From positions 209,250,001 to 209,314,000 of the forward strand of contig OZ024740.1 of NCBI GenBank assembly GCA_964016885.1: DNA of 64,000 bases. Direction: 5' to 3'. Below the pieces are notes generated by a model. The model had not been told where the DNA came from. It did not search any database and saw only the letters and a program-made list of their open reading frames with translations. This document shows positions 16,965-29,376 of this stretch, one piece after another. The first letter of the stretch is position 1, and each line of letters begins with the position of its first letter. The DNA is from Eledone cirrhosa (lineage: Eukaryota). The position numbers were made by a program, and so were the translations under genes.

Positions 16965-17155
16965 TTGTGGTGAATTGGCAGTATCGGTAGAGGGTGGCAC
17001 GCCATGCTTTGCAGCACAGTTACGTCCCTTTACGGACTGAGTTCAAATCCCGTCGAGGTTAACTTTGCCTTTCATCCTTACGGGGTCGATAAAATAAAGT
17101 ACCAGTAATGCACTGGGTAATTGCTGGCCTTGTGCCAAAAGTAGAAACAATTATT
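16965..17155 (+). mobile_element. tRNA-derived SINE family S1
   Basis: A-box-like tggcagtatcgg, B-box gagttcaaatcc, body ctttgcctttcatccttacggggtcgataaaataaagtacc. More than 20 copies in the window. Confidence 0.85.
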
Positions 17156-17164
17156 ATTATTATG

Positions 17165-17345
17165 ACAGATTTTGCGGGCAAAACCAACCGGCAAGAGACC
17201 CAGAGGAAGATGGTTGGATAACATCCATGGGCTTGGCTGGTCACGCTTGTGGATCCAGCCAGATCAGATGGAGACGGTTGCTTCTGAAAGGACCTGCTGG
17301 AAGGAGTGTTTGAGGAGTCTGCCCCCACGACCGTCTCAAGAAGAA
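17165..17345 (+). mobile_element. RTE LINE 3' fragment
   Basis: GKRPRGRWLDNI...ASERTCWK C-terminal motif. Related copy at 59770-60240. Confidence 0.75.
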
Positions 17346-17572
17346 GAAAAAAAAAAAAGAAGAATACAGGAATTCTGAGTTCTAATCTCACTTAGGTTAA
17401 CTCTCCCTTACAGGGTCGATAAAATAAAGTATTATTAATACACTGGGGTAGATTTAATCGACCTTCGCCAGCCCTTATACGAAAAGTAGAAACAATTATT
17501 TTGGAATTCTATTACTCTAGAAGTTTCAGTCATTTGACTGCGGCTATAAAAAGGTAGGAAAGGAATTCTTGA

Positions 17573-20500
17573 AGCTAGACCTCTGTCTGGTTCTCATCTA
17601 TAAACATTATCAGCTAGACCTCTGTCTGACTCATCTATAAACGTTATCAGCTAGACTTCTGTCTGACTCATCTATAAACGTTATCAGCTAGACTTCTGTC
17701 TGACTCATCTATAAACATTATCAGCTAGACTTCTGTCTGGTTCTCATCTATAAACATTATCAGCTAGACCTCTGTCTGGTTCTCATCTATAAACATTATC
17801 AGCTAGACCTCTGTCTGGTTCTCATCTATAAACATTATCAGCTAGACTTCTGCCTGGTTCTCATCTATAAACATTATCAGCTAGGCTTCTGTATGACTCA
17901 TCTATAAACATTATCAGCTAGACTTCTGTCTGGTTCTCATCTATAAACATTATCAGCTAGACTTCTGCCTGGTTCTCATCTATAAACATTATCAGCTAGG
18001 CTTCTGTATGACTCATCTATAAACATTATCAGCTAGACTTCTGCCTGGTTCTCATCTATAAACATTATCAGCTAGACTTCTGTCTGGTTCTCATCTATAA
18101 ACATTATCAGCTAGACTTCTGTCTGGTTCTCATCTATAAACATTATCAGCTAGGCTTCTGTATGACTCATCTATAAACATTATCAGCTAGACTTCTGCCT
18201 GGTTCTCATCTATAAACATTATCAGCTAGACTTCTGCCTGGTTCTCATCTATAAACCTTATCAGCTAGACTTCTGTCTGGTTCTCATCTATAAACATTAT
18301 CAGCTAGACTTCTGCCTGGTTCTCATCTATAAACCTTATCAGCTAGACTTCTGTCTGGTTCTCATCTATAAACATTATCAGCTAGACTTCTGTCTGGTTC
18401 TCATCTATAAACATTATCAGCTAGACTTCTGTCTGGTTCTCATCTATAAACATTATCAGCTAGACTTCTGCCTGGTTCTCATCTATAAACCTTATCAGCT
18501 AGGCTTCTGCCTGGTTCTCATCTATAAACATTATCAGCTAGACTTCTGTCTGGTTCTCATCTATAAACATTATCAGCTAGGCTTCTGTATGACTCATCTA
18601 TAAACATTATCAGCTAGACTTCTGCTTGGTTCTCATCTATAAACATTATCAGCTAGGCTTCTGCCTGGTTCTCATCTATAAACCTTATCAGCTAGACTTC
18701 TGTCTGGTTCTCATCTATAAATATTATCAGCTAGACTTCTGTCTGGTTCTCATCTATAAACATTATCAGCTAGGCTTCTGCCTGGTTCTCATCTATAAAC
18801 ATTATCAGCTAGACTTCTGTCTGGTTCTCATCTATAAACATTATCAGCTAGGCTTCTGTATGACTCATCTATAAACATTATCAGCTAGACTTCTGCTTGG
18901 TTCTCATCTATAAACATTATCAGCTAGGCTTCTGCCTGGTTCTCATCTATAAACCTTATCAGCTAGACTTCTGCCTGGTTCTCATCTATAAACATTATCA
19001 GCTAGACTTCTGCCTGGTTCTCATCTATAAACATTATCAGCTAGACTTCTGCCTGGTTCTCATCTATAAACCTTATCAGCTAGACTTCTGTCTGGTTCTC
19101 ATCTATAAACATTATCAGCTAGACTTCTGCCTGGTTCTCATCTATAAACCTTATCAGATAGAATTCTGTCTGGTTCTCATCTATAAACATTATCAGCTAG
19201 ACTTCTGCCTGGTTCTCATCTATAAACCTTATCAGCTAGACTTCTGTCTGGTTCTCATCTATAAACATTATCAGCTAGACTTCTGCCTGGTTCTCATCTA
19301 TAAACCTTATCAGCTAGACTTCTGTCTGGTTCTCATCTATAAACATTATCAGCTAGACTTCTGTCTGGTTCTCATCTATAAACATTATCAGCTAGACTTC
19401 TGCCTGGTTCTCATCTATAAACATTATCAGCTAGACTTCTGCCTGGTTCTCATCTATAAACATTATCAGCTAGACTTCTGCTTGGTTCTCATCTATAAAC
19501 ATTATCAGCTAGACTTCTGTCTGGTTCTCATCTATAAACATTATCAGCTAGACTTCTGCCTGGTTCTCATCTATAAACCTTATCAGCTAGACTTCTGTCT
19601 GGTTCTCATCTATAAACATTATCAGCTAGGCTTCTGTCTGGTTCTCATCTATAAACCTTATCAGCTAGACTTCTGTCTGGTTCTCATCTATAAACATTAT
19701 CAGCTAGACTTCTGCTGACTCATCTATAAACATTATCAGCTAGACTTCTGTATGACTCATCTATAAACGTTATCAGCTAGACCTCTGTGTGACTCATCTA
19801 TAAACATTATCAGCTAGACTTCTGTATGACTCATCTATAAACATTATCAGCTAGACTTCTGTGTGACTCATCTATGAACCTTATCAGCTAGACTTCTGCC
19901 TGGTTCTCATCTATAAACATTATCAGCTAGACTTCTGTCTGGTTCTCATCTATAAACCTTATCAACTAGGCTTCTGTCTAACTCATCTATAAACGTTATC
20001 AGCTAGACTTCTGTGTGACTCATCTATAAACATTATCAGCTAGACTTCTGTATGACTCATCTATAAACGTTATCAGCTAGACTTCTGTGTGACTCATCTA
20101 TGAACCTTATCAACTAGGCTTCTGCCTGGTTCTCATCTATAAACATTATCAGCTAGACTTCTGTCTGGTTCTCATCTATAAACCTTATCAACTAGACTTC
20201 TGTCTGGTTCTCATCTATAAACATTATCAGCTAGACTTCTGCTGACTCATCTATAAACATTATCAGCTAGACTTCTGTGTGACTCATCTATAAACATTAT
20301 CAGCTAGACTTCTGTGTGACTCATCTATAAACATTATCAGCTAGACTTCTGTGTGACTCATCTATAAACATTATCAGCTAGACTTCTGTCTGGTTCTCAT
20401 CTATAAACCTTATCAGCTAGACTTCTGCCTGGTTCTCATCTATAAACATTATCAGCTAGATTTCTGTCTGGTTCTCATCTATAAATATTATCAGCTAGAC

Positions 20501-23500
20501 TTCTGCCTGGTTCTCATCTATAAACATTATCAGCTAGACTTCTGCCTGGTTCTCATCTATAAATATTATCAGCTAGACTTCTGCCTGGTTCTCATCTATA
20601 AATATTATCAACTAGGCTTCTGCCTGGTTCTCATCTATAAATATTATCAACTAGGCTTCTGCCTGGTTCTCATCTATAAACATTATCAGCTAGACTTCTG
20701 CCTGGTTCTCATCTATAAATATTATCAGCTAGACTTCTGCCTGGTTCTCATCTATAAATATTATCAGCTAAACTTCTGTCTGACTCATCTATAAACATTA
20801 TCAGCTAGACTTCTGCCTGGTTCTCATCTATAAACATTATCAGCTAGACTTCTGCCTGGTTCTCATCTATGAATATTATCAGCTAGACTTCTGCTTGGTT
20901 CTCATCTATAAACATTATCAGCTAGACTTCTGCCTGGTTCTCATCTATAAACATTATCAGCTAGACTTCTGCTTGGTTCTCATCTATAAACATTATCAGC
21001 TAGACTTCTGCCTGGTTCTCATCTATAAATATTATCAGCTAGACTTCTGCCTGGTTCTCATCTATAAATATTATCAGCTAGACTTCTGCCTGGTTCTCAT
21101 CTATAAACATTATCAGCTAGACTTCTGCCTGGTTCTCATCTATAAACCTTATCAGCTAGACTTCTGTCTGGTTCTCATCTATAAACATTATCAGCTAGAC
21201 TTCTGTCTGGTTCTCATCTATAAACATTATCAGCTAGACTTCTGCCTGGTTCTCATCTATAAACATTATCAGCTAGACTTCTGCCTGGTTCTCATCTATA
21301 AACATTATCAGCTAGACTTCTGTCTGGTTCTCATCTATAAACATTATCAGCTAGACTTCTGTCTGGTTCTCATCTATAAACATTATCAGCTAGACTTCTG
21401 TCTGGTTCTCATCTATAAACATTATCAGCTAGACTTCTGCCTGGTTCTCATCTATAAACATTATCAGCTAGACTTCTGTCTGGTTCTCATCTATAAACCT
21501 TATCAGCTAGACTTCTGCCTGGTTCTCATCTATAAACATTATCAGCTAGACTTCTGCCTGGTTCTCATCTATAAACCTTATCAGCTAGACTTCTGTCTGG
21601 TTCTCATCTATAAATATTATCAGCTAGACTTCTGTCTGGTTCTCATCTATAAACATTATCAGCTAGACTTCTGCCTGGTTCTCATCTATAAACATTATCA
21701 GCTAGACTTCTGTCTGGTTCTCATCTATAAACCTTATCAGCTAGACTTCTGCCTGGTTCTCATCTATAAACATTATCAGCTAGACTTCTGCCTCGTTCTC
21801 ATCTATAAACCTTATCAGCTAGACTTCTGTCTGGTTCTCATCTATAAATATTATCAGCTAGACTTCTGCCTGGTTCTCATCTATAAACATTATCAGCTAG
21901 ACTTCTGTCTGGTTCTCATCTATAAACCTTATCAGCTAGACTTCTGCCTGGTTCTCATCTATAAACATTATCAGCTAGACTTCTGTCTGGTTCTCATCTA
22001 TAAACATTATCAGCTAGACTTCTGTCTGGTTCTCATCTATAAACATTATCAGCTAGACTTCTGCCTGGTTCTCATCTATAAACATTATCAGCTAGACTTC
22101 TGTCTGGTTCTCATCTATAAACATTATCAGCTAGACTTCTGCCTGGTTCTCATCTATAAACATTATCAGCTAGACTTCTGCCTGGTTCTCATCTATAAAC
22201 ATTATCAGCTAGACTTCTGTCTGGTTCTCATCTATAAACATTATCAGCTAGACTTCTGCCTGGTTCTCATCTATAAACATTATCAGCTAGACTTCTGCCT
22301 GGATCTCATCTATAAACATTATCAGCTAGACTTCTGCTTGGTTCTCATCTATAAACATTATCAGCTAGACTTCTGTCTGGTTCTCATCTATAAACATTAT
22401 CAGCTAGACTTCTGCCTGGTTCTCATCTATAAACATTATCAGCTAGACTTCTGCCTGGTTCTCATCTATAAACATTATCAGCTAGACTTCTGCTTGGTTC
22501 TCATCTATAAACATTATCAGCTAGACTTCTGTCTGGTTCTCATCTATAAACATTATCAGCTAGGCTTCTGCCTGGTTCTCATCTATAAACATTATCAGCT
22601 AGACTTCTGTCTGGTTCTCATCTATAAACATTATCAGCTAGACTTCTGCCTGGTTCTCATCTATAAACATTATCAGCTAGACTTCTGCTTGGTTCTCATC
22701 TATAAACATTATCAGCTAGACTTCTGCCTGGTTCTCATCTATAAACATTATCAGCTAGACTTCTGCCTGGTTCTCATCTATAAACATTATCAGCTAGACT
22801 TCTGCCTGGATCTCATCTATAAACATTATCAGCTAGACTTCTGCTTGGTTCTCATCTATAAACATTATCAGCTAGACTTCTGTCTGGTTCTCATCTATAA
22901 ACATTATCAGCTAGACTTCTGCCTGGTTCTCATCTATAAACATTATCAGCTAGACTTCTGCCTGGTTCTCATCTATAAACATTATCAGCTAGACTTCTGT
23001 CTGGTTCTCATCTATAAACATTATCAGCTAGACTTCTGCCTGGTTCTCATCTATAAACATTATCAGCTAGACTTCTGCCTGGTTCTCATCTATAAACATT
23101 ATCAGCTAGACTTCTGCTTGGTTCTCATCTATAAACATTATCAGCTAGACTTCTGTCTGGTTCTCATCTATAAACATTATCAGCTAGACTTCTGCCTGGT
23201 TCTCATCTATAAACATTATCAGCTAGACTTCTGCCTGGTTCTCATCTATAAACATTATCAGCTAGACTTCTGCCTGGTTCTCATCTATAAACATTATCAG
23301 CTAGACTTCTGTCTGGTTCTCATCTATAAACATTATCAGCTAGACTTCTGCCTGGTTCTCATCTATAAACATTATCAGCTAGACTTCTGCCTGGTTCTCA
23401 TCTATAAACATTATCAGCTAGACTTCTGCTTGGTTCTCATCTATAAACATTATCAGCTAGACTTCTGTCTGGTTTTCATCTATAAACATTATCAGCTAGG

Positions 23501-25244
23501 CTTCTGCCTGGTTCTCATCTATAAACATTATCAGCTAGACTTCTGCCTGGTTCTCATCTATAAACATTATCAGCTAGACTTCTGCCTGGTTCTCATCTAT
23601 AAACATTATCAGCTAGACTTCTGCTTGGTTCTCATCTATAAACATTATCAGCTAGACTTCTGCCTGGTTCTCATCTATAAACATTATCAGCTAGACTTCT
23701 GCCTGGTTCTCATCTATAAACATTATCAGCTAGACTTCTGCCTGGTTCTCATCTATAAACATTATCAGCTAGACTTCTGCCTGGTTCTCATCTATAAACA
23801 TTATCAGCTAGACTTCTGCTTGGTTCTCATCTATAAACATTATCAGCTAGACTTCTGTCTGGTTCTCATCTATAAACATTATCAGCTAGACTTCTGCCTG
23901 GTTCTCATCTATAAACATTATCAGCTAGACTTCTGCCTGGTTCTCATCTATAAACATTATCAGCTAGACTTCTGCCTGGTTCTCATCTATAAACATTATC
24001 AGCTAGACTTCTGCTTGGTTCTCATCTATAAACATTATCAGCTAGACTTCTGCCTGGTTCTCATCTATAAACATTATCAGCTAGACTTCTGCCTGGTTCT
24101 CATCTATAAACATTATCAGCTAGACTTCTGCCTGGTTCTCATCTATAAACATTATCAGCTAGACTTCTGCCTGGTTCTCATCTATAAACATTATCAGCTA
24201 GACTTCTGCCTGGTTCTCATCTATAAACATTATCAGCTAGACTTCTGCCTGGTTCTCATCTATAAACATTATCAGCTAGACTTCTGTCTGGTTCTCATCT
24301 ATAAACATTATCAGCTAGACTTCTGCTTGGTTCTCATCTATAAACATTATCAGCTAGACTTCTGCTTGGTTCTCATCTATAAACATTATCAGCTAGACTT
24401 CTGCCTGGTTCTCATCTATAAACATTATCAGCTAGACTTCTGCTTGGTTCTCATCTATAAACATTATCAGCTAGACTTCTGCCTGGTTCTCATCTATAAA
24501 CATTATCAGCTAGACTTCTGCCTGGTTCTCATCTATAAACATTATCAGCTAGACTTCTGCCTGGTTCTCATCTATAAACATTATCAGCTAGACTTCTGCT
24601 TGGTTCTCATCTATAAACATTATCAGCTAGACTTCTGCCTGGTTCTCATCTATAAACATTATCAGCTAGACTTCTGTCTGACTCATCTATAAACATTATC
24701 AGCTAGACTTCTGCCTGGTTCTCATCTATAAACATTATCAGCTAGGCTTCTGCCTGGTTCTCATCTATAAACATTATCAGCTAGACTTCTGCTTGGTTCT
24801 CATCTATAAACATTATCAGCTAGACTTCTGTTTGGTTCTCATCTATAAACATTATCAGCTAGACTTCTGCTTGGTTCTCATCTATAAACATTATCAGCTA
24901 GACTTCTGCCTGGTTCTCATCTATAAACCTTATCAGCTAGACTTCTGCCTGGTTCTCATCTATAAACATTATCAGCTAGACTTCTGCTTGGTTCTCATCT
25001 ATAAACATTATCAGCTAGACTTCTGCCTGGTTCTCATCTATAAACATTATCAGCTAGACTTCTGTCTGACTCATCTATAAACATTATCAGCTAGACTTCT
25101 GCCTGGTTCTCATCTATAAACATTATCAGCTAGACTTCTGCCTGGTTCTCATCTATAAACATTATCAGCTAGACTTCTGTCTGGTTCTCATCTATGAATA
25201 TTATCAGCTAGACTTCTGTCTGGTTCTCATCTATAAACATCATC
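17573..25244. repeat. 39-bp minisatellite array (~195 units; consensus cttctgcctggttctcatctataaacattatcagctaga)
   Basis: Head-to-tail units without spacers. 36-37-bp deletion variants (tgactc) concentrate in the left third. Confidence 0.98.
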
Positions 25245-25252
25245 TGTATTGA

Positions 25253-25430
25253 GCGGCGGATTAGCAGTATCGGTAGAGGGTCGGACGCCATGCTTTGACG
25301 AATATAGTTACGGCCCTTGCCATTCTGAGTTCAAATCCCGCCGAGGTTGACTTTGCCTTTCATCCTTACGGGGTCGATAAAATAAAGTACCAGTAATTGC
25401 TTGCCTTGTGCCAAAAGTAGAAACAATTAT
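25253..25430 (+). mobile_element. SINE S1
   Basis: Same consensus as 16965-17155. Confidence 0.85.
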
Positions 25431-25536
25431 CTATATATCTCATCTTTAGTTACATACCCTGGGCGTATGACTGGTTCTTTTATATCGATTTCAGAATCCC
25501 GACATGCAAAAGCTTTACGAAGATTTAATGGAAATA

Positions 25537-25859
25537 CAATGGAATCCCGGTTCACGAACGCCTCTCACCACGAACAAATCGGTTCACGAACATTTTTTCT
25601 TAACATAAAACATCTCGAGTAACAAACACACAACCGGGCAACAACGGTTGGCGACAAGCTGGGAGTATCGGCGGGAGAGCGTCACTTGCTGTGTAGTTGG
25701 TTACTATGGTAATATCTATCTGTCTTCCACACATATTCTCTATCACACTGTACTTCTCTCTCAACATTTCGTATGGGGAAAATAATTTCGGTTTACGAAT
25801 ATTTTGAGTGACGAACGGCGTTCAGGAACGAATTAAGTAAATGAACCAAGGTTCTACTA
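25537..25859. mobile_element. Tigger/pogo-like MITE
   Basis: TA-caatggaatcccggttcacgaac ... gaaccaaggttctacta-TA termini. Confidence 0.6.
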
Positions 25860-26601
25860 TAGACTAAAGCTGCATCCTGTATTTTTAATTTCGAGGTACA
25901 AAAAAAAAGGAAATCACTCAAAAATAATTGAAAATACTTGTAGCCAGCTGTGTGTTTAAGTTCCCATAAAGTGGGTACATTGATGGCTAGAACACACGAC
26001 GGAAAATTCAGGAAGTAACAAATACAAAAGCTTGATATGCGGTTTGGTGCACATAAAAACTGAGACAGGGAAAATATTATGAGGAGAGTGGTTCATTAAC
26101 GTGGATTGACTGGTTTGTTTACAGACAAATATGTTAGGTTTGTTGGTAAGCAAACGGGACTGGGTGTATCGACAAGCAAAGCATATTGGCTCTCGTTTAT
26201 CGACAGGGTAAACTATTTAAAGTGAAAATAGTTTGTGACCACCCTACTACCACTTTCCTCAAAACATATTGGAGCTGGAGCTAGTGTTGGAGTTGGAGTT
26301 GATCACCTGACATATGAAGACATACTTTCAACGTAGGTTTAACCTTGAGAACTAATTGAGAAGAACGAAGTTGGTACAAAGAAAAAAATACCTGGGGACA
26401 GTATTGATTTCAATTTAGGAAAAAAAAAAACAAATTTGGGGGAAGGTAAAGTTGATTAAATCAACACTAGTACATCACCGGTGCTTTATTTTATCGATAA
26501 CGGAAGGATGAAAAGCAAAATTGACTTCGATGGGATTCAAAAGAGCCAGAACAAATACTCCAGTGGTATTTTATCTAACCCGCTACCAATTCTGCCAATT
26601 C

Positions 26602-26794
26602 CAGACCTGCCAACGTTTAAAATCTCAAACGGGGAGTACCATCAGAAAAGTGCCCCCAAAATGGGGAGAAATGAGGCAAAATGGGGAGATTTACATAATG
26701 AAAGCTATACCCATTTTCATAAGAGAAGACATCCCTCACCCACCCAAAGTGGGTGGGAGATCTCCCCGCCGGTCGGGGAGAGTTGACAGGTCTG
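26602..26794. mobile_element. MITE M1, 6-bp TSD CAATTC
   Basis: TIR cagacctgccaac / gttgacaggtctg with CAATTC on both sides, inserted at the end of an S1-like SINE. Confidence 0.85.
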
Positions 26795-27116
26795 CAATTC
26801 ACACAATGATAAAAACCTAAACAACGAATAAAATCTGAGGTTCTTTTGCTTTTCTTTGGAAATACCCAACCAATCAGATATTGAATAAATTTATCATCCA
26901 ATAAAAGACAAATAAATTACTGAAATTTAACACGTACATCCTGAAAGAACACCATACATTCACTAATATGACTGCATAAGACATTAAGGCTGACGTGCGT
27001 GTATGTCCACAAGCATTCTTATATAAATGTATGTATGTGGTATATAGTCCACTCGATCATTACTGTTAAGAGGTTAAACAACGATACATGAGAATTTATA
27101 AGCGTGCAACTATATG

Positions 27117-27286
<170 letters not shown>

Positions 27287-27526
27287 TGAAGTTTCCGTTA
27301 TAAATTGAAAAAGTCATAATGAGGTAATTATATTGTATTGTTTATTATACATTATATATATATATATATATATATATAGATTTTGAGTTTATGTTGGTTG
27401 TATACCAACACCTCAGTATGCAGGCTGGAGCACTCGACGAAGTGCGCAGGTTGGTTTGGTTACCCCGGAGTAGTGTAAAATAAAGTTAAATAAAAGTCAA
27501 ATGATTAAAATTTAGCTTCGTTTATT

Positions 27527-27581
27527 ACTGCTATATATATTTCAGTGACAGCCATCTTTGGCTGTGACCTCTTCAGGCAGT
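27527..27581 (-). ncRNA. Type I hammerhead ribozyme motif (family B), minus-strand copy
   Basis: Reverse complement of 27710-27764. Confidence 0.8.
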
Positions 27582-27709
27582 TTGAATTAGTATGGTATAG
27601 ACAAGTACATATGTTGTTGAGGTGTATAATATTGTCAATACTCTACACCTAATTGACAATATTATACACCTAAACAACATATGTACTTGTCTATACCATA
27701 CTAATTCAA

Positions 27710-27764
27710 ACTGCCTGAAGAGGTCACAGCCAAAGATGGCTGTCACTGAAATATATATAGCAGT
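27710..27764 (+). ncRNA. Type I hammerhead ribozyme motif (family B)
   Basis: ACTGC-CTGAAGA-GGTCACAGCCA-AAGA-TGGCTGTCACT-GAAA-TATATA-TA-GCAGT: 5-bp stem I, long stem II, palindromic stem III, UA cleavage site after 27759. Confidence 0.8.
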
Positions 27765-28110
27765 AATAAACGAAGCTAAATTTTAATCATTTGACTTTTA
27801 TTTAACTTTATTTTATGTATGTATGTATGTATGTATGTATGTATGTATGTATGTATGTATGTATGTATGTATGTATGTGTGTATGTATGTATGTATGTAT
27901 GTATGTATGTGTGTGTGTGTGCGTGTGCGTGTGTGTGACAAATGGTATTAGTAGTGGTTGTTAGATGAAATAACAAGAATAGCTGATTTACTTTATATAT
28001 GAAAAGGTTTACTTCACTTCAATCAGAAATAACAACAAATAAGTTACCACGAGTCGCGAAGGTTGACGATGTTATTTTGTTGTTGGTTCATGAGGCTGGT
28101 GTTATCTGAG

Positions 28111-28174
<64 letters not shown>

Positions 28175-28428
28175 ATGGCCTGTGGTTGTCTGTAGACCTC
28201 AGTGGCCTGTAGGTAGTGGTGAATCTTTCACATAGCTTGTCTATAGCGTACTGCTCCGATCTCTCTGTGTGTTAGACGTGGGATGATACAGGCTTTTTAT
28301 ACCTGTCGCTCTCTGTATCCCGCCTCGAGGGATCACCCACGCATGAACCTGTCCACGCTGAAAAGGATGGTGACCTAGAATTTGACTTTTAGGTGTCACC
28401 CAGGGTTCAAGGCGTAGACAGATTTCGC

Positions 28429-28479
<51 letters not shown>

Positions 28480-28994
28480 CAAAGAAAGTATATATATATA
28501 ACAAAGAAAGTATGGTAAGGAACTAAAGTGTGGTAAGGAACCATAACGCACCAGAGTACTCGATACTTAGGGTAGTAGAGTGGGTAATAGGAAAAGAGTC
28601 AGGACGGATTTAGCTGTCGAAACGACCGGAGCTCAGCCGTCGGGGTCCTGACTCTTTTCCTCTCTCTCTCTATATATATATTTATTTATATCAGAATACT
28701 ACTGGGCAGAATACAAATGAGCATCTCCATAAAAGTATAATTTACAAAATTCTATATATAAATGATCAACTTATCTTGCTTCAGAGTCGGTAAATCTCAC
28801 TGAAGTTGAATAAAGATCCTGAAATACTAACATTTGATGTTCTTATACGGCTACTGAGGTAGCTGTAACATTGTCCCAACTTAAAATACGCACAGCGAGA
28901 TTTATCTATCTTTATTATACATAAACATACTGTATATGCTTTCATATATATATATATTCTGAATCACGCTGTGTTGGTGCTACTGATAATTAAA

Positions 28995-29376
28995 TAATGG
29001 TTTCTTAAATAGGCACAAGGCCAGCAATTACCCAGTGCATCACTGGTACTTTATTTTATCGACCCCGTAAGGATGAAAGGCAAAGTCAACCTTGGCGGGA
29101 TTTGAACTCAGATCGTAAAGGGACGTAACTATGCTGGAAAGCATGGCGTCCGACCCTCTACCGATACTGCCAATCCACCGCCCTTAACAATTGTTTCTAC
29201 TTTAGGCACAAGGCCAGCAATTACCCAATGCATTACTAGTACTTTATTTTATCGACCCCGTAAGGATGAAAGGCAAAGTTAACCTCGGCGGGATTTGAAC
29301 TCAGATCATAAAAAAGGGACGTAACTCTATGCTTGAAAGCATGGTATCCGACTCTCTACCGATACTGCCAATCCAT
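28995..29376 (-). mobile_element. Two tandem SINE S1 copies
   Basis: Reverse-complement S1 consensus twice (~28995-29183, ~29188-29376). Confidence 0.85.

Larger units (their letters stand above)
27476..27815. repeat. Fold-back element: 164-bp inverted arms, 12-bp spacer, hammerhead in each arm
   Basis: 27476-27639 is a near-perfect reverse complement of 27652-27815. Confidence 0.95.

Noticed and set aside
17573-25244. 39-bp repeats as a CRISPR-like array
   Set aside because: Units are directly head-to-tail with no unique spacers and no cas genes, in a eukaryotic context.
17573-25244. Minus-strand CTGATAA...GAA in each unit as tandem hammerheads
   Set aside because: The core is not CUGANGA, there is no GAAA, and no stems I-III can be formed.
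28190-28432. Solo LTR starting TGTAGCG on the minus strand
   Set aside because: No matching CA end, TSD or PBS could be identified.
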